Below are positions 37,650-47,690 of a stretch of DNA of 64,000 bases, in pieces. Under the pieces are notes generated by a model, which was given only the letters and a program-made list of their open reading frames with translations, did no database searches and was not told where the DNA came from. Origin of the DNA: a bacterium (GTDB taxonomy: Bacteria; Acidobacteriota; Blastocatellia; HR10); contig JBEPZV010000007.1 in the NCBI GenBank assembly GCA_041640655.1, positions 1-64,000 of the forward strand. Reading direction: 5' to 3'. The position numbers and the translations under genes were made by a program. Each line of letters opens with the position of its first letter. The first letter of the stretch is position 1.

Positions 37650-39926
37650 TCAGAACCGGAAGAGGTAGCTGAATTTCACGAAGATCTGCCGCCCGACCGA
37701 CTGCGTGGGCGCCCCGATGCGCCGAATCCCCCCGGGAGACGTCGGATCGAGCCCGAGGTTCTCCCAATGATCCGTGTACCCCACGTAGAGCGCCGTCCAC
37801 GGATTGACCAGGTATGTGAGCAAGATGTCCACGGCGATTCGCTTCTCTCGCTCCGCGCGCACGAGCGCGGGATTCGGGAGCACGGCCGCATAATCGAGAA
37901 TGGCGCGAAGCGACAGCTCGCGCGTGAATTGATAGGTCACCTTCGTGCGCAGCAGGTGATTATTGAAGATGCTGACCTGTTCGCCCGACGAACGGAGCGC
38001 GGTGGGCTCACCGCTCGAAGGCGACGACGGGCGAGACGTCCCCAGGCGGCTGTAGAGATAGACCTGACTCACCCGAAGTTGCGACGTCGGGCGCACGGTG
38101 AGCGACAGCTCGCCGTTTCTCGTCGTCGCCGAGAAGGGGTTCATTCCCGGTGGGGGATAAAAATTGATCCCGGTTCCGAATCGGAACTCTCCTCCGATGG
38201 AGAGCCATCGCAGCCAGGCCGTTTCGACATTGAACACTGTCTCGTGCTTCCGAAAGCCGATGTCGCGAAACAGCTCAAACGATTCCGAACGGCGAACGAA
38301 GACCCCCGTCGGTCCGGCGAATTGCCATTGGAATCCTCCATTGATGACCCAATCCTGGAGGCGGCCCCGCCGATCCCAATTGGCGAGGGCGAACACGTTC
38401 GGTCCGAAGCTCTGGAGGCGACGCCCCTCGCGGAACCAGCGATATCGAACGAAATGCTCCATCTGCCGCACGTCCACACGACGGATGAAGCCCAGTTGCG
38501 ACTGAAAGCGCGGGCTGCGATCCACGTACTCCCCCGAATAGAAGAAATGCCGCCCCGAATAGGAGAGATCGAGCGAGTAAGCGGGCCCGGACGATCGTGC
38601 GCCGTCGCGCTGCGTGAAGCTCCGCATGATCTGACCCGTGAGCGTCCAGTGGCGGCCAAACCGCAGCAGCGTATCGAGCGCGAGAACGCTATTGGACTGT
38701 GCCCGGAAGGACCGACGCGTGAAGAGGACGCCCAAGCTCGATTGCTCGGCGAATTCGCGTTGCACGCGCAGGACACCGATGGCCGCCCGCCGTCCGTGCG
38801 CGGGATCGGTCGGCGGCACGAGCCGTCCGGGAGCGCGATCGTCCATGGCGAGCGCGCCCACGGCCCACCGCCCCGCTTTCCCCGTCACCCGCGCGCCGAA
38901 CTGGGGGTCCACAATCCGACGAGAGAAGAAAAGATTCTCCAACGTCTGGAAGAATCCCGCATTCTCCAGGAAGAACGGGCGCTTCTCCGGGAAGAAGACC
39001 TCGAACCGCTGATTGATCGTCACCTGCGGATCATCCGATTCGACCTGGCTGAAGTCGGGATTCACCGTGAGATCAAGCGTAAAGGCATCGCGCAGGACGA
39101 GCTTCGCGTCCATCCCCCCTCGACCTTCGACCTCCTTGCGCCAGGTGGGCCCGCTCGCACTCGAGAGATCGAGGAACCGGGCAGCCGCGAACGTCCCATA
39201 CGGGATGAACTGCCAATTGCGTCCGGGCGAGATGTCCTCCAACCCTTCGAGCGTCGCCAGTTGTTGCAGGAATCCGGCCACGCGCCGGGTGATGTGCGGC
39301 CAGAAGGCTTGCTCGTTGAGCCGTGGGATGACTCGCCCGAGCGCGATCCCCCACGTTTGCGTCCGCGTCGCGGGGAATCGGAGACTGCGGAACGGAATGG
39401 CCATCCACACGATGAATCCATCCTCAGTCAACCGTCCTTCGGAATACCAGAGCGTATCGAAGCTGAAGTCGTCGTCTTGCCCCTCTCCGGCGATCCCATC
39501 AGCCTGAATCCCCAGGGGATTCACGAGGAAGACATAGGCCCGGCGCCGATCCTGAAACGTATCCAGGATCACGCCGACGAGATCGTCCTCGAAGATCGCC
39601 TCACGCCGGGAGAGGCGTGCGCGAACCTTCGCCGGATCGTCCTTGCAGATGAAGACGACATAAAGATGATGACGATCATAGGAGAGGCAGGCTGTCGTCT
39701 GCAGGCTGACCGGCGTCCCATCCCCCGGTTCCCGCTGTCGAAAATCGGACACGCAGACCTCGCCCGCCGGTCTCGCGCCTCGCCGATAGTCATCCAATCG
39801 GGGGGGCGAGGAGACGCGCGCGAGCCGCAGCCGCGGACGCTCATCTTGAGCCGCTCCCCATGCGACTCCGCACATCATGAGTCCGAGAAGGATCAAGACC
39901 GCACTTCGGCCTCTCCCCATCGCCAC
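37650..39926 (-). CDS. CBM9-like / DUF5916 outer-membrane protein
   Basis: Signal peptide, DTFQDRRRAY, NPDFSQVESD, FFPEKRPFFLEN and C-terminal KFSYLFRF. Confidence 0.85.
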   Translation of the reverse strand: MAMGRGRSAVLILLGLMMCGVAWGAAQDERPRLRLARVSSPPRLDDYRRGARPAGEVCVSDFRQREPGDGTPVSLQTTACLSYDRHHLYVVFICKDDPAKVRARLSRREAIFEDDLVGVILDTFQDRRRAYVFLVNPLGIQADGIAGEGQDDDFSFDTLWYSEGRLTEDGFIVWMAIPFRSLRFPATRTQTWGIALGRVIPRLNEQAFWPHITRRVAGFLQQLATLEGLEDISPGRNWQFIPYGTFAAARFLDLSSASGPTWRKEVEGRGGMDAKLVLRDAFTLDLTVNPDFSQVESDDPQVTINQRFEVFFPEKRPFFLENAGFFQTLENLFFSRRIVDPQFGARVTGKAGRWAVGALAMDDRAPGRLVPPTDPAHGRRAAIGVLRVQREFAEQSSLGVLFTRRSFRAQSNSVLALDTLLRFGRHWTLTGQIMRSFTQRDGARSSGPAYSLDLSYSGRHFFYSGEYVDRSPRFQSQLGFIRRVDVRQMEHFVRYRWFREGRRLQSFGPNVFALANWDRRGRLQDWVINGGFQWQFAGPTGVFVRRSESFELFRDIGFRKHETVFNVETAWLRWLSIGGEFRFGTGINFYPPPGMNPFSATTRNGELSLTVRPTSQLRVSQVYLYSRLGTSRPSSPSSGEPTALRSSGEQVSIFNNHLLRTKVTYQFTRELSLRAILDYAAVLPNPALVRAEREKRIAVDILLTYLVNPWTALYVGYTDHWENLGLDPTSPGGIRRIGAPTQSVGRQIFVKFSYLFRF

Positions 39927-39995
39927 GCTCTCTCCTCTTTTCGGATTCAGGCATCGCCCTTCATACTACGGTGCGATGGGCTCATTCGTTCCCGC

Positions 39996-41087
39996 TCACT
40001 CTCGATCTTCGATCCGCAGGCGTCCGAGCTCGCGCGATGCGGGGACGACGACAAAGGGGATGCGCCCGAGCAACCGCCCCTCGGCCGTTCGTACCTCCAC
40101 GCGCCAGCGGCCGGGCGCGATCCTCCGCTTGAAGGTATAACCGCGATAGCCGCCGTCGCGTCCGCCGATGACCGTGTAAGCGATCCGGTCCGTCGTGATC
40201 CACTCACCCCGTTCATCCCGCCGCTGCCAATAGTGCCAGACCTGCTCCGTGAACGCCGTCGGCGCGAAGATCGCCGTGAAACAATAGACCGCATCACCCG
40301 GTCGGTAGGCGAACTCGCGCTCATCCCGACGCCAGAAGAGCCAACGCGGTGGTTCCCGATACACGACTTCATATCGCGCGCCCACGCGTCGAACGCTGCG
40401 ATAAATCCCCCCCTCCTTCAACGCCAGAGGAACCGGCGGGATCAGCTCCCCGAAGTAGCCAAGCAGGAGCCCGCCGAAGACGATCGCGGGGAAGACCAGC
40501 GCCCTCAGCAGCTCACGTCGGCGCCCGTAGATCGCCCCGAGAAGCGCGCTCGTCAGCGCGAATCCCAGAATCCCGCTCACCACGAAGAGCATCGCGCTCA
40601 TGCGCCGGAGGACGATCGGCAGAAAGAAGGTGAAAAAGGCCGATCCGCAGAAGCCGTAGAGCGTCGTGAGCACTCTCAGGTCGCGCAACCGATGGGAGAA
40701 GAACTCATTGACCATCAGCAGGCCGAAGAGCAGGCCGACGAAGATCAAGGACCGCCCGATGGCCGCACTCTTGAAGTAGAAGACGACGTAGCTCGACAAC
40801 AAGCCCCCGAGGAAGAAGTGCACCCCGGTAGTCATCAGATCGAGCCGTCGCCGGAGTCGCGGCGAGCACACGCGCCCGCGCTCGACGCGCCCGATCAGCA
40901 CGATCAGGATGCCGGATGCCAGGAGATACCCGAGCAAGATCGCATTGTCCGACCAGCGGTCAATGCGGGTGAGCGTCAGGCTGTCATAGGTGAACCCCGC
41001 GATGAAGGCCAGGATCGGCCCATACTGGCGGTGGCGCTCGAAGAACGCGCGCCACCGATCCCGCCACGTCGCGATCGGACGGATCAT
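39996..41087 (-). CDS. DUF2914 domain membrane protein
   Basis: About 7 N-terminal TM segments, IPPVPL, YCFTAIFAP, GGRDGGYRGYT and GRWRVEVRT. Confidence 0.85.
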   Translation of the reverse strand: MIRPIATWRDRWRAFFERHRQYGPILAFIAGFTYDSLTLTRIDRWSDNAILLGYLLASGILIVLIGRVERGRVCSPRLRRRLDLMTTGVHFFLGGLLSSYVVFYFKSAAIGRSLIFVGLLFGLLMVNEFFSHRLRDLRVLTTLYGFCGSAFFTFFLPIVLRRMSAMLFVVSGILGFALTSALLGAIYGRRRELLRALVFPAIVFGGLLLGYFGELIPPVPLALKEGGIYRSVRRVGARYEVVYREPPRWLFWRRDEREFAYRPGDAVYCFTAIFAPTAFTEQVWHYWQRRDERGEWITTDRIAYTVIGGRDGGYRGYTFKRRIAPGRWRVEVRTAEGRLLGRIPFVVVPASRELGRLRIEDRE

Positions 41088-41256
41088 CCTCTCTCTGAAC
41101 GTTCAATCAAAACAAGGATTCGAGGGCTCGGTCAATCCGCTGAAGGGGCAGACCATGCAGGCGCGAAGTGTCAGCTTGGCTCGCCCGAAGATGCACCGTA
41201 TGATTAGAGAGCACCGCCGGGGAGCTGGTGCATGTTCATCAGGAGGGAGAGCGCTT

Positions 41257-44001
41257 ATGAGACGACGATTCGCAATGCTCGTCTCCGGACTTCTGTTCAC
41301 GTCTCCTCTCGTTCCCTGTTTCGCCGCCACCGATGCATTCGATTTCTACGCCCGGGGGCCATATCGGCCTGCTGTCCCGCGCCCTTCGCAACTGCTCGGG
41401 TACGAGCCGGGCGAATTCCACACGGACTTTCGCGGGATGGAGAGAGTCATCTTCGCCATCGCGCAGGCGGCAGCCGATCGCGTGCGCGTGATCGAATATG
41501 GACAGAGCTATGAACGGCGCCCCTTGCGCCTGCTGATCATCAGCTCACCTGAGAACCTGAACCGACTCGAGGAGATCCGCGCTCGCATTCAAAAACTCGC
41601 CGATCCCCGGAGACTCGGCTCGCCCGACGAAGCCGCGGAGATCATCCGCACGACGCCCGTCATCGTCTGGCTGAATTACGCGAACGATGGGAACGAGTCG
41701 GCCGCTTTCGAAGCGGCGATGCAGGTCGCTTATCACCTGGCGGCGAGCGAAGAGCCGAGGACGCGGGAACTCCTGGAGCGCGCCATCATCCTTCTCAATC
41801 CCGCGCACAATCCGGAGAGCCACGAGCGCTTCGTCGCCTGGTACAACGCCGTCGCCGTGGGGGCCGAAGATCGCTTCGCCTACGAGCACAACGCCCCTTG
41901 GGGACTCTCCACGAACAACAATCATTACCAGATTGACCTCAATCGCGACGCGCTGGCGAGCACGCAGGTGGAGACGCAAGCGCTCATGCGCGTCTACCTG
42001 CAGTGGAATCCGCAGGTCTTCGTGGATCATCACGGCCAGACGACGACCTTCTTCTTCCCCCCTGCGGCGGCTCCCGTGAATGCGAACCTCCCGACGGCGT
42101 ATCACGAGTGGATGGACGTCTTCGGGCGCGGCAATGCCGAGGCGTTCGATCGCCACGGGTGGGCGTACTTCGTCCGCGATGTCTTCGATCTCTTCTACCC
42201 GGGATATTGGGACAGTTGGCCTTCGCTCAATGGGGCGATTGGCATGACCTACGAGACCGATGGAGGAGGCAATCGAGGACTCCGCTGGCAGCGTGAGGAC
42301 GAGACGGTGGTGACCTTGCGCGATGGGATCGCGAAGCATTTCGTGGCGAGCTTGGCGACGGTGGAGACGGCCGTGCGCCATCGCGAGCGTTTGCTCCAAT
42401 ACTTCTACGATTTCAAGCGCACGGCGATCGAGGAGGGAGCGCGCGGCCCCATGCGCCGATTCGTCCTGCTGCCGGGGAACGATCCGGGACGCGCGGCGGA
42501 GCTGGTCGCGACGCTCTTGCGCGCGGGGATCGAAGTGCAGCGAGCCCAGGAGGCGTTCTCCTCGCGCGCCGCGTACGACTACATGAGCAAGAAGACGATG
42601 GCCCGCTCCTTTCCCGCCGGTTCCTTCATCGTTGATCTGGCTCAGCCGCAGATGCGCCTGGCGAAGGCATTGCTCGAACCGGAAGCCCAGCTCAATCCGG
42701 AATTCGTCCAGCGTCAGTTGCAGATCCGCGAGCGGAACGAACGACGCGGCAAGAATGTCCCGAAGGAGCGATATGAGTTCTATGACGTGACCGCGTGGTC
42801 GCTCCCCTTGGCCTTCGGCGTCGAAGCCTACTGGACGGAGGACGCACCCCGCGTGCGCTCGGTCTCACTGACATTGGATGAGACCGGAGGTGTGATCACG
42901 AGCGACGATCGGCAACCGATCGTCAGTGGCGGCGTCACCGGCGGTCGCGCGGCCTCGGCTTATCTCTTCACCTATGAGACGAACGCCGCCGCTCGTTTGG
43001 CCTTCGCCTTGCTCAAGGAGGGCTACAAGATCGCCGTCTCCACGCGACCGCTCCGCGCCGACGGCCGCGACTTCCCGCGCGGGACTCTGGTCGTGCCTAT
43101 CGAACGGAATCCCGAATCCGTGCACGAGCGCATAGCGGCTCTCGCCCGCGAATGCGGAGTGACCGTATATGCGGCTTCGAGCGCCTACACGGATCGCGGA
43201 GATACGGGGATTGGATCTCCCTCCGTTCTCCCGCTGCGACAGCCGAAGATCGTCGTCATCGTCGGAGAGGGCGTTGCGGTCACCAGCTACGGCGCCATCT
43301 GGTTCCTTTTCGAGCGGCGGTTCGGCATCCCCTTCATCCCAATGACGCTCGCCTCGCTCCATCGCGCCGACATCTTCCGGTATGACGTCATCCTCTTTCC
43401 CGATGGGAATCCCGCTGCTTATCAAGCGGCCCTTGGGGATCGGGGCGTGGAGCGGCTCAAGCGATGGGTGAACGAAGGGGGCGTCCTCATCGGCATTGGT
43501 GGCGCGGCGGAACTCTTCACGCGGAAGGGGGTGGAGCTGACGACCGCCCGGGTTCTCGGTGCCGAGGAGGAAACACCTGCGCCGTCAGGACCGAGCGCCG
43601 CGGCTTCGGCCCAATCGCAGGCGGCGGAGCGAGCGACGCCCCCTCGCCCGCTTTCGGTCCCCGGAGCGATCATGCGGGCGACGGTGGATCGGCATCACTT
43701 CCTGACCTTCGGCTACGACGCGGAACATCTGCCCGTCCTGGTGAATTCGGCGCGCTTTCTCGCGCGCAGCCGAGATGGAGCGAACGTCGTCACCTTCGAA
43801 GGCAAGGACCTGCATCTGAGTGGATTCATCTGGCCGAATAACACGGTGGAGCTGCTCAGCGGGACGGCCTATCTCATCCACGAGCCGACCGGACGCGGTC
43901 ATGTCATCCTCTACGCTCAGGATCCGAACTTCCGGCTCTTCTGGCAGGGACTCACGCGCCTCTTCCTGAACAGTGTGCTCTTCGCCCCATCCATGCGCTG
44001 A
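41257..44001 (+). CDS. Secreted M14 family zinc carboxypeptidase-like protein
   Basis: Signal peptide, YGQSYERRPL, DGNE, DLNRD, DHHG, GMTYE, YDVTAWSLP and a C-terminal class I glutamine-amidotransferase-like domain. Confidence 0.88.
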   Translation: MRRRFAMLVSGLLFTSPLVPCFAATDAFDFYARGPYRPAVPRPSQLLGYEPGEFHTDFRGMERVIFAIAQAAADRVRVIEYGQSYERRPLRLLIISSPENLNRLEEIRARIQKLADPRRLGSPDEAAEIIRTTPVIVWLNYANDGNESAAFEAAMQVAYHLAASEEPRTRELLERAIILLNPAHNPESHERFVAWYNAVAVGAEDRFAYEHNAPWGLSTNNNHYQIDLNRDALASTQVETQALMRVYLQWNPQVFVDHHGQTTTFFFPPAAAPVNANLPTAYHEWMDVFGRGNAEAFDRHGWAYFVRDVFDLFYPGYWDSWPSLNGAIGMTYETDGGGNRGLRWQREDETVVTLRDGIAKHFVASLATVETAVRHRERLLQYFYDFKRTAIEEGARGPMRRFVLLPGNDPGRAAELVATLLRAGIEVQRAQEAFSSRAAYDYMSKKTMARSFPAGSFIVDLAQPQMRLAKALLEPEAQLNPEFVQRQLQIRERNERRGKNVPKERYEFYDVTAWSLPLAFGVEAYWTEDAPRVRSVSLTLDETGGVITSDDRQPIVSGGVTGGRAASAYLFTYETNAAARLAFALLKEGYKIAVSTRPLRADGRDFPRGTLVVPIERNPESVHERIAALARECGVTVYAASSAYTDRGDTGIGSPSVLPLRQPKIVVIVGEGVAVTSYGAIWFLFERRFGIPFIPMTLASLHRADIFRYDVILFPDGNPAAYQAALGDRGVERLKRWVNEGGVLIGIGGAAELFTRKGVELTTARVLGAEEETPAPSGPSAAASAQSQAAERATPPRPLSVPGAIMRATVDRHHFLTFGYDAEHLPVLVNSARFLARSRDGANVVTFEGKDLHLSGFIWPNNTVELLSGTAYLIHEPTGRGHVILYAQDPNFRLFWQGLTRLFLNSVLFAPSMR

Positions 44002-44127
44002 GCGGGATACGGTCCCCCTCATGCAGGCCGGATCGTCGGTGGGGGGACCGCTCTCCCACATCCCCTGGCCGGCGCGCGTGCTTGCGGCTTGTCCCTCCAC
44101 ATCTCTTTTGGCTATAGTCTCTCCCCT

Positions 44128-44535
44128 ATGGGTGAGTACACGGAAGAGCATGCCCGAGCCGGCCTGGAGGTCGAGCTGCCGAAGATCGAGTGCTGGCCCA
44201 ATCAATTCAAGGGCTACGAGATCACCATCGTCATCCCCGAATACACCTCCGTCTGCCCGCGCACGGGGCTACCCGATTTCGGAACGATCACCATTCGCTA
44301 CGAGCCGGATGAGTGGTGCGTCGAGCTGAAATCGCTCAAATACTACATCCTGGGGTACCGCCAGCTCGGGATCTTCTACGAGAACGCCGTCAATCGCATC
44401 CTCCGGGATTTCGTCGCGGCGTGCCGCCCCGTGTGGGCGGAAGTGACCGGGGAGTTCAACGTTCGGGGGGGGATGAGAAGCATCGTGTGCGCTCGATATC
44501 GCGCGCGCACCGAGCGCTCGACGCCCGGCTCCTGA
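44128..44535 (+). CDS. queF: PreQ0 reductase QueF (type I)
   Basis: EYTSVCPRTGLPDFG, VELKSLKYY, FYENAVNRI and FNVRGG. Confidence 0.93.
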   Translation: MGEYTEEHARAGLEVELPKIECWPNQFKGYEITIVIPEYTSVCPRTGLPDFGTITIRYEPDEWCVELKSLKYYILGYRQLGIFYENAVNRILRDFVAACRPVWAEVTGEFNVRGGMRSIVCARYRARTERSTPGS

Positions 44536-44547
44536 GCGCGCGAGCGC

Positions 44548-44754
44548 TCACGGCGACTCCCCGCCTCTTCGCTCCTCTCGCACGCCGAGGTCGAAGGCGA
44601 CCACGATCAGGATGACGCAGAGGGCAATCGTCGCCCCGGCATAGAGGAGCATCAGGTGTCCCCCTTGCATGAAGAGATAGATCACCACGCCGATGAGCAG
44701 GATGGAGAGGATGCCCCAGAAGCTGAATCGTTTCGGCTCCGCGCGCTCTACCAT
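44548..44754 (-). CDS. Small two-TM membrane protein (68 aa)
   Basis: Two hydrophobic helices; SD GGAGGGAG; the start overlaps the symporter stop. Confidence 0.65.
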   Translation of the reverse strand: MVERAEPKRFSFWGILSILLIGVVIYLFMQGGHLMLLYAGATIALCVILIVVAFDLGVREERRGGESP

Positions 44755-46118
44755 CGCTTCTCTCCCTCCGGTTCCAAACGTTCCATCTCCGCGACCGATT
44801 CGGCGACCTGCGGCAGAGGCGTGAGCAGATACCCTTCCGATCGGGCGATGAAGGCAGCGGCCGTGACATCGCCGGTGACGTTCAACGTCGTCCGGCACAT
44901 GTCGAGCAACCGATCCACGCCGAGGATGATGGCGATGCCCTCGCCCGGGACGCCGACCGTCTGCAGCACCAGGATGAGCAGCGGGAGGGAACCTCCGGGC
45001 ACGCCAGCCGCGCCGATGGCCGTCAACACCGACATGACGATGACGATCAATTGCGCTGAGAGCGACAGCTCGACGCCGAAGACCTGGGCCAGGAAGAGCA
45101 CCGTGACGCCCTCAAAGAGGGCCGTCCCGTTCATGTTCATCGTCGCGCCCAGCGGGAGCACGAACCCCGTGATCTCGCGAGGAATCCCCAGGTTCTCCTC
45201 CGAGACGCGCATCGTCGTCGGGAGCGTGGCGCTGGAGGAGCTGGTGGAGAAGGCCGTGATCATCACGGTTCGAATCGCGCTGAAGAACTGCCAGGGATTC
45301 AACCGCGCGAAGACGCGCACCAGGATCGAGTAGACCCCGAATTGATGGATGGCCAACCCAAGGATGACCGTGAAGACGTAGATCCCCAGCTTGGCGAGGA
45401 GATCGAACCCAAAGCGCGCCGTGACGCTGAAGATCAAGGCCGCGACGCCGAAGGGCGCCAGCTTCATCGCCAGATCAATCAAGACGACCATCGCCTCTCC
45501 CACACCGGAGAGAACGGCCATGACCGGCTGCGCGCGACTCGCCGGCAGAAAGGTCAGGGCGACGCCGAACATGAGGGCGAAGAAGATGATCCCCAACATA
45601 TCGCCCTGCACGGCGGCCGCGATCGGATTGCGAGGGACGATGTTGACGAGGGTCTGAATCCCAAAGCGCGTTCGCCCCGCCTGTTCTAATGTCTCGGCCG
45701 TCTGTCCGCGATACGTCTCCAGAAGCTGTGCCTTCACCTGTTCGGGGAGGCCCTCCCCCGGCCGAATGACGTTCACTAAGATCAACCCGATCGTGACCGC
45801 CAGCGTCGTCACCAGCAGAAAATAGAGCAGGGTCTTCACGCCGATGCGTCCGAGCTTCCGCAAATCCCCGAGCCCGGCGACGCCGAGCGCGAGTGAGGCG
45901 AAAACCAGCGGCACGACGACCATAATGAGCATTCGCAGGAAGATCTGCCCGATCGGCTCGGTCACCGTCCGGACAAACCATTCCACCTCCGGTCGCCGAC
46001 CGAGGAGGACATTGACGCCGATCCCTGCGATCGCCCCCCCCACTAGGCCGAGGAAGATCCGCGTATGCAAGGGGAGCCGACGTCGCCCCTCCATGCTGTG
46101 CTCAGGTGCGGGTTGCAT
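44748..46118 (-). CDS. Dicarboxylate/amino acid:cation symporter (GltP-like)
   Basis: AFSTSSSSATLP, GATMNMNGTA, GAAGVPGG and DRLLDMCRTTLNVTGD. Confidence 0.94.
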   Translation of the reverse strand: MQPAPEHSMEGRRRLPLHTRIFLGLVGGAIAGIGVNVLLGRRPEVEWFVRTVTEPIGQIFLRMLIMVVVPLVFASLALGVAGLGDLRKLGRIGVKTLLYFLLVTTLAVTIGLILVNVIRPGEGLPEQVKAQLLETYRGQTAETLEQAGRTRFGIQTLVNIVPRNPIAAAVQGDMLGIIFFALMFGVALTFLPASRAQPVMAVLSGVGEAMVVLIDLAMKLAPFGVAALIFSVTARFGFDLLAKLGIYVFTVILGLAIHQFGVYSILVRVFARLNPWQFFSAIRTVMITAFSTSSSSATLPTTMRVSEENLGIPREITGFVLPLGATMNMNGTALFEGVTVLFLAQVFGVELSLSAQLIVIVMSVLTAIGAAGVPGGSLPLLILVLQTVGVPGEGIAIILGVDRLLDMCRTTLNVTGDVTAAAFIARSEGYLLTPLPQVAESVAEMERLEPEGEKRW

Positions 46119-46121
46119 CCT

Positions 46122-47645
46122 TCAATCCACTGTCACGGGCCCGGGACCGAGAGCGGGTCTTCGCGCCGCCCTCCATCGCCACAGGGCATACACAGGCGCT
46201 CCCGCCAGGACGATCATCAATCCCGGCCACGTATTGGGTCGCGTCTTGGGCGAGATCAGGAGATCCACCGCGATGAAAGAGGCCGCGAGGATGTACAGCG
46301 CCGGAACCCACGGATAGCCGAAGGCGCGATACGGTCGTTCGGCATCCGGCCGCTTCCACCGCAAGACGAAGAGGCCCGCGATCGTGAGGACGTAGAAGAT
46401 GAGGACGGCGAAGATCACGTAGTCGAGCAGCTCGCTATACGTCCCCGAGAGCGCGAGCACGCAGGCCCAGAGGCATTGGACCAGAAGCCCATTGGCCGGG
46501 ACATGATGAGCGTTCAACTGCCCCACGCGGTGGAAGAAGAGGCCATCGCGCGCCATCGCATAGTAGACGCGCGCCCCCGCCAGGATCAAGCCGTTCATGC
46601 AGCCGAAGGTCGAGATCATGATGAGCACGGCCATAATGGCCGCCGCATGCGCGCCGAAGATGACCTCGGCCGCCGCCGTCCCCACGCGATCGTTCACGGC
46701 GAATTGAATGCCGCGCTCGATGGCCGTTGTGCCCGTGGGGTCACCCCGCAGCGGGAGCACGCAGAGGTAGCTGACGTTCGCCAGAAGGTAGAGCACCGAG
46801 ACCAATCCGACACCGAAGAAGAGGCTGAGCGGCAGCGTGCGCTTCGGGTTCTTCACCTCCCCGGCCGTGAACGTGACGTTGTGCCACGCGTCTGAGGCGA
46901 AGAGGGGACCGACCATCGCTGTCCCCAACACGAGCAACAGAGCGAAGCCCTCCAACGGCATCGTCGTGTAGTGGGTCGCGCCCGAAGCCACCGGCTGCGT
47001 GAACGTCGCCGACCACGCGTCTCGGAAGTTCGCCGCAATGGCCTCCGCGTTCCGCCCGATGAAGAGTCCGAGGCCGATGAGCAGGGCGAGCGCGCCGATC
47101 TTCGCGATCGTGAAGATGTTTTGCACGATCTTGCCCGCGCGCAGCCCCTTCGAGTTCGTCCAGCTCAAGAAGATGATCACCGCGATCGCGACCAGCTGCG
47201 TCGGCGACAGCGCCAGTCGACCGAACTCGAAGAACGTTCGCTCCTCGGAGATCTGCGGGATCAAAACGCCCAGGAACCGCGCGAAGGCGACGGCCACGGC
47301 CGCGATCGTCCCCGTCTGAATGACCAGAAAGAGCGTCCAGCCATAGAGGAAGGCCCAGAAGGGGCTGTAGGCTTCGCGCAAATAGACATACTGACCGCCC
47401 GCGCGCGGCAGCATCGCCGCCAGCTCGCCATAGCTCAGCGCGGCCATGAGCGTCAGAAGCCCCGCGATCGCCCATGCGCTCAGGAGCCATCCGGCCGATC
47501 CCAGCTGCCGCGCGACGTCCGCCGAGACGATGAAGATCCCCGAGCCGATCATGGACCCGGCGACGATCATCGTCGAATCGAATAAGCCGAGTCCCCGAAC
47601 AAACGCCTCCTCACGATGAACGACGACCTCACCTGGTCGCGCCAT
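46122..47645 (-). CDS. APC family amino acid permease
   Basis: GSMIGSGIF, AGGQYVYL, GEVKNPKR and RVYYAMARDG. Confidence 0.93.
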   Translation of the reverse strand: MARPGEVVVHREEAFVRGLGLFDSTMIVAGSMIGSGIFIVSADVARQLGSAGWLLSAWAIAGLLTLMAALSYGELAAMLPRAGGQYVYLREAYSPFWAFLYGWTLFLVIQTGTIAAVAVAFARFLGVLIPQISEERTFFEFGRLALSPTQLVAIAVIIFLSWTNSKGLRAGKIVQNIFTIAKIGALALLIGLGLFIGRNAEAIAANFRDAWSATFTQPVASGATHYTTMPLEGFALLLVLGTAMVGPLFASDAWHNVTFTAGEVKNPKRTLPLSLFFGVGLVSVLYLLANVSYLCVLPLRGDPTGTTAIERGIQFAVNDRVGTAAAEVIFGAHAAAIMAVLIMISTFGCMNGLILAGARVYYAMARDGLFFHRVGQLNAHHVPANGLLVQCLWACVLALSGTYSELLDYVIFAVLIFYVLTIAGLFVLRWKRPDAERPYRAFGYPWVPALYILAASFIAVDLLISPKTRPNTWPGLMIVLAGAPVYALWRWRAARRPALGPGPVTVD

Positions 47646-47690
47646 AGTGTCCCGCCTCCATACCTTCAGGCTCTCCTTGCCGTCACGCGT

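Noticed and set aside
37767..41207. 1146-aa plus-strand ORF
   Set aside because: Antisense shadow of the DUF5916 and DUF2914 genes; R/H/P-rich with no motifs.
44010..44050. PreQ1 riboswitch upstream of queF
   Set aside because: Only a GC stem (CGGTCCCCC/GGGGGACCG) is present. It has no preQ1 loop or A-rich tail and lies upstream of the predicted promoter; it is more likely a 3' hairpin of the M14 gene.
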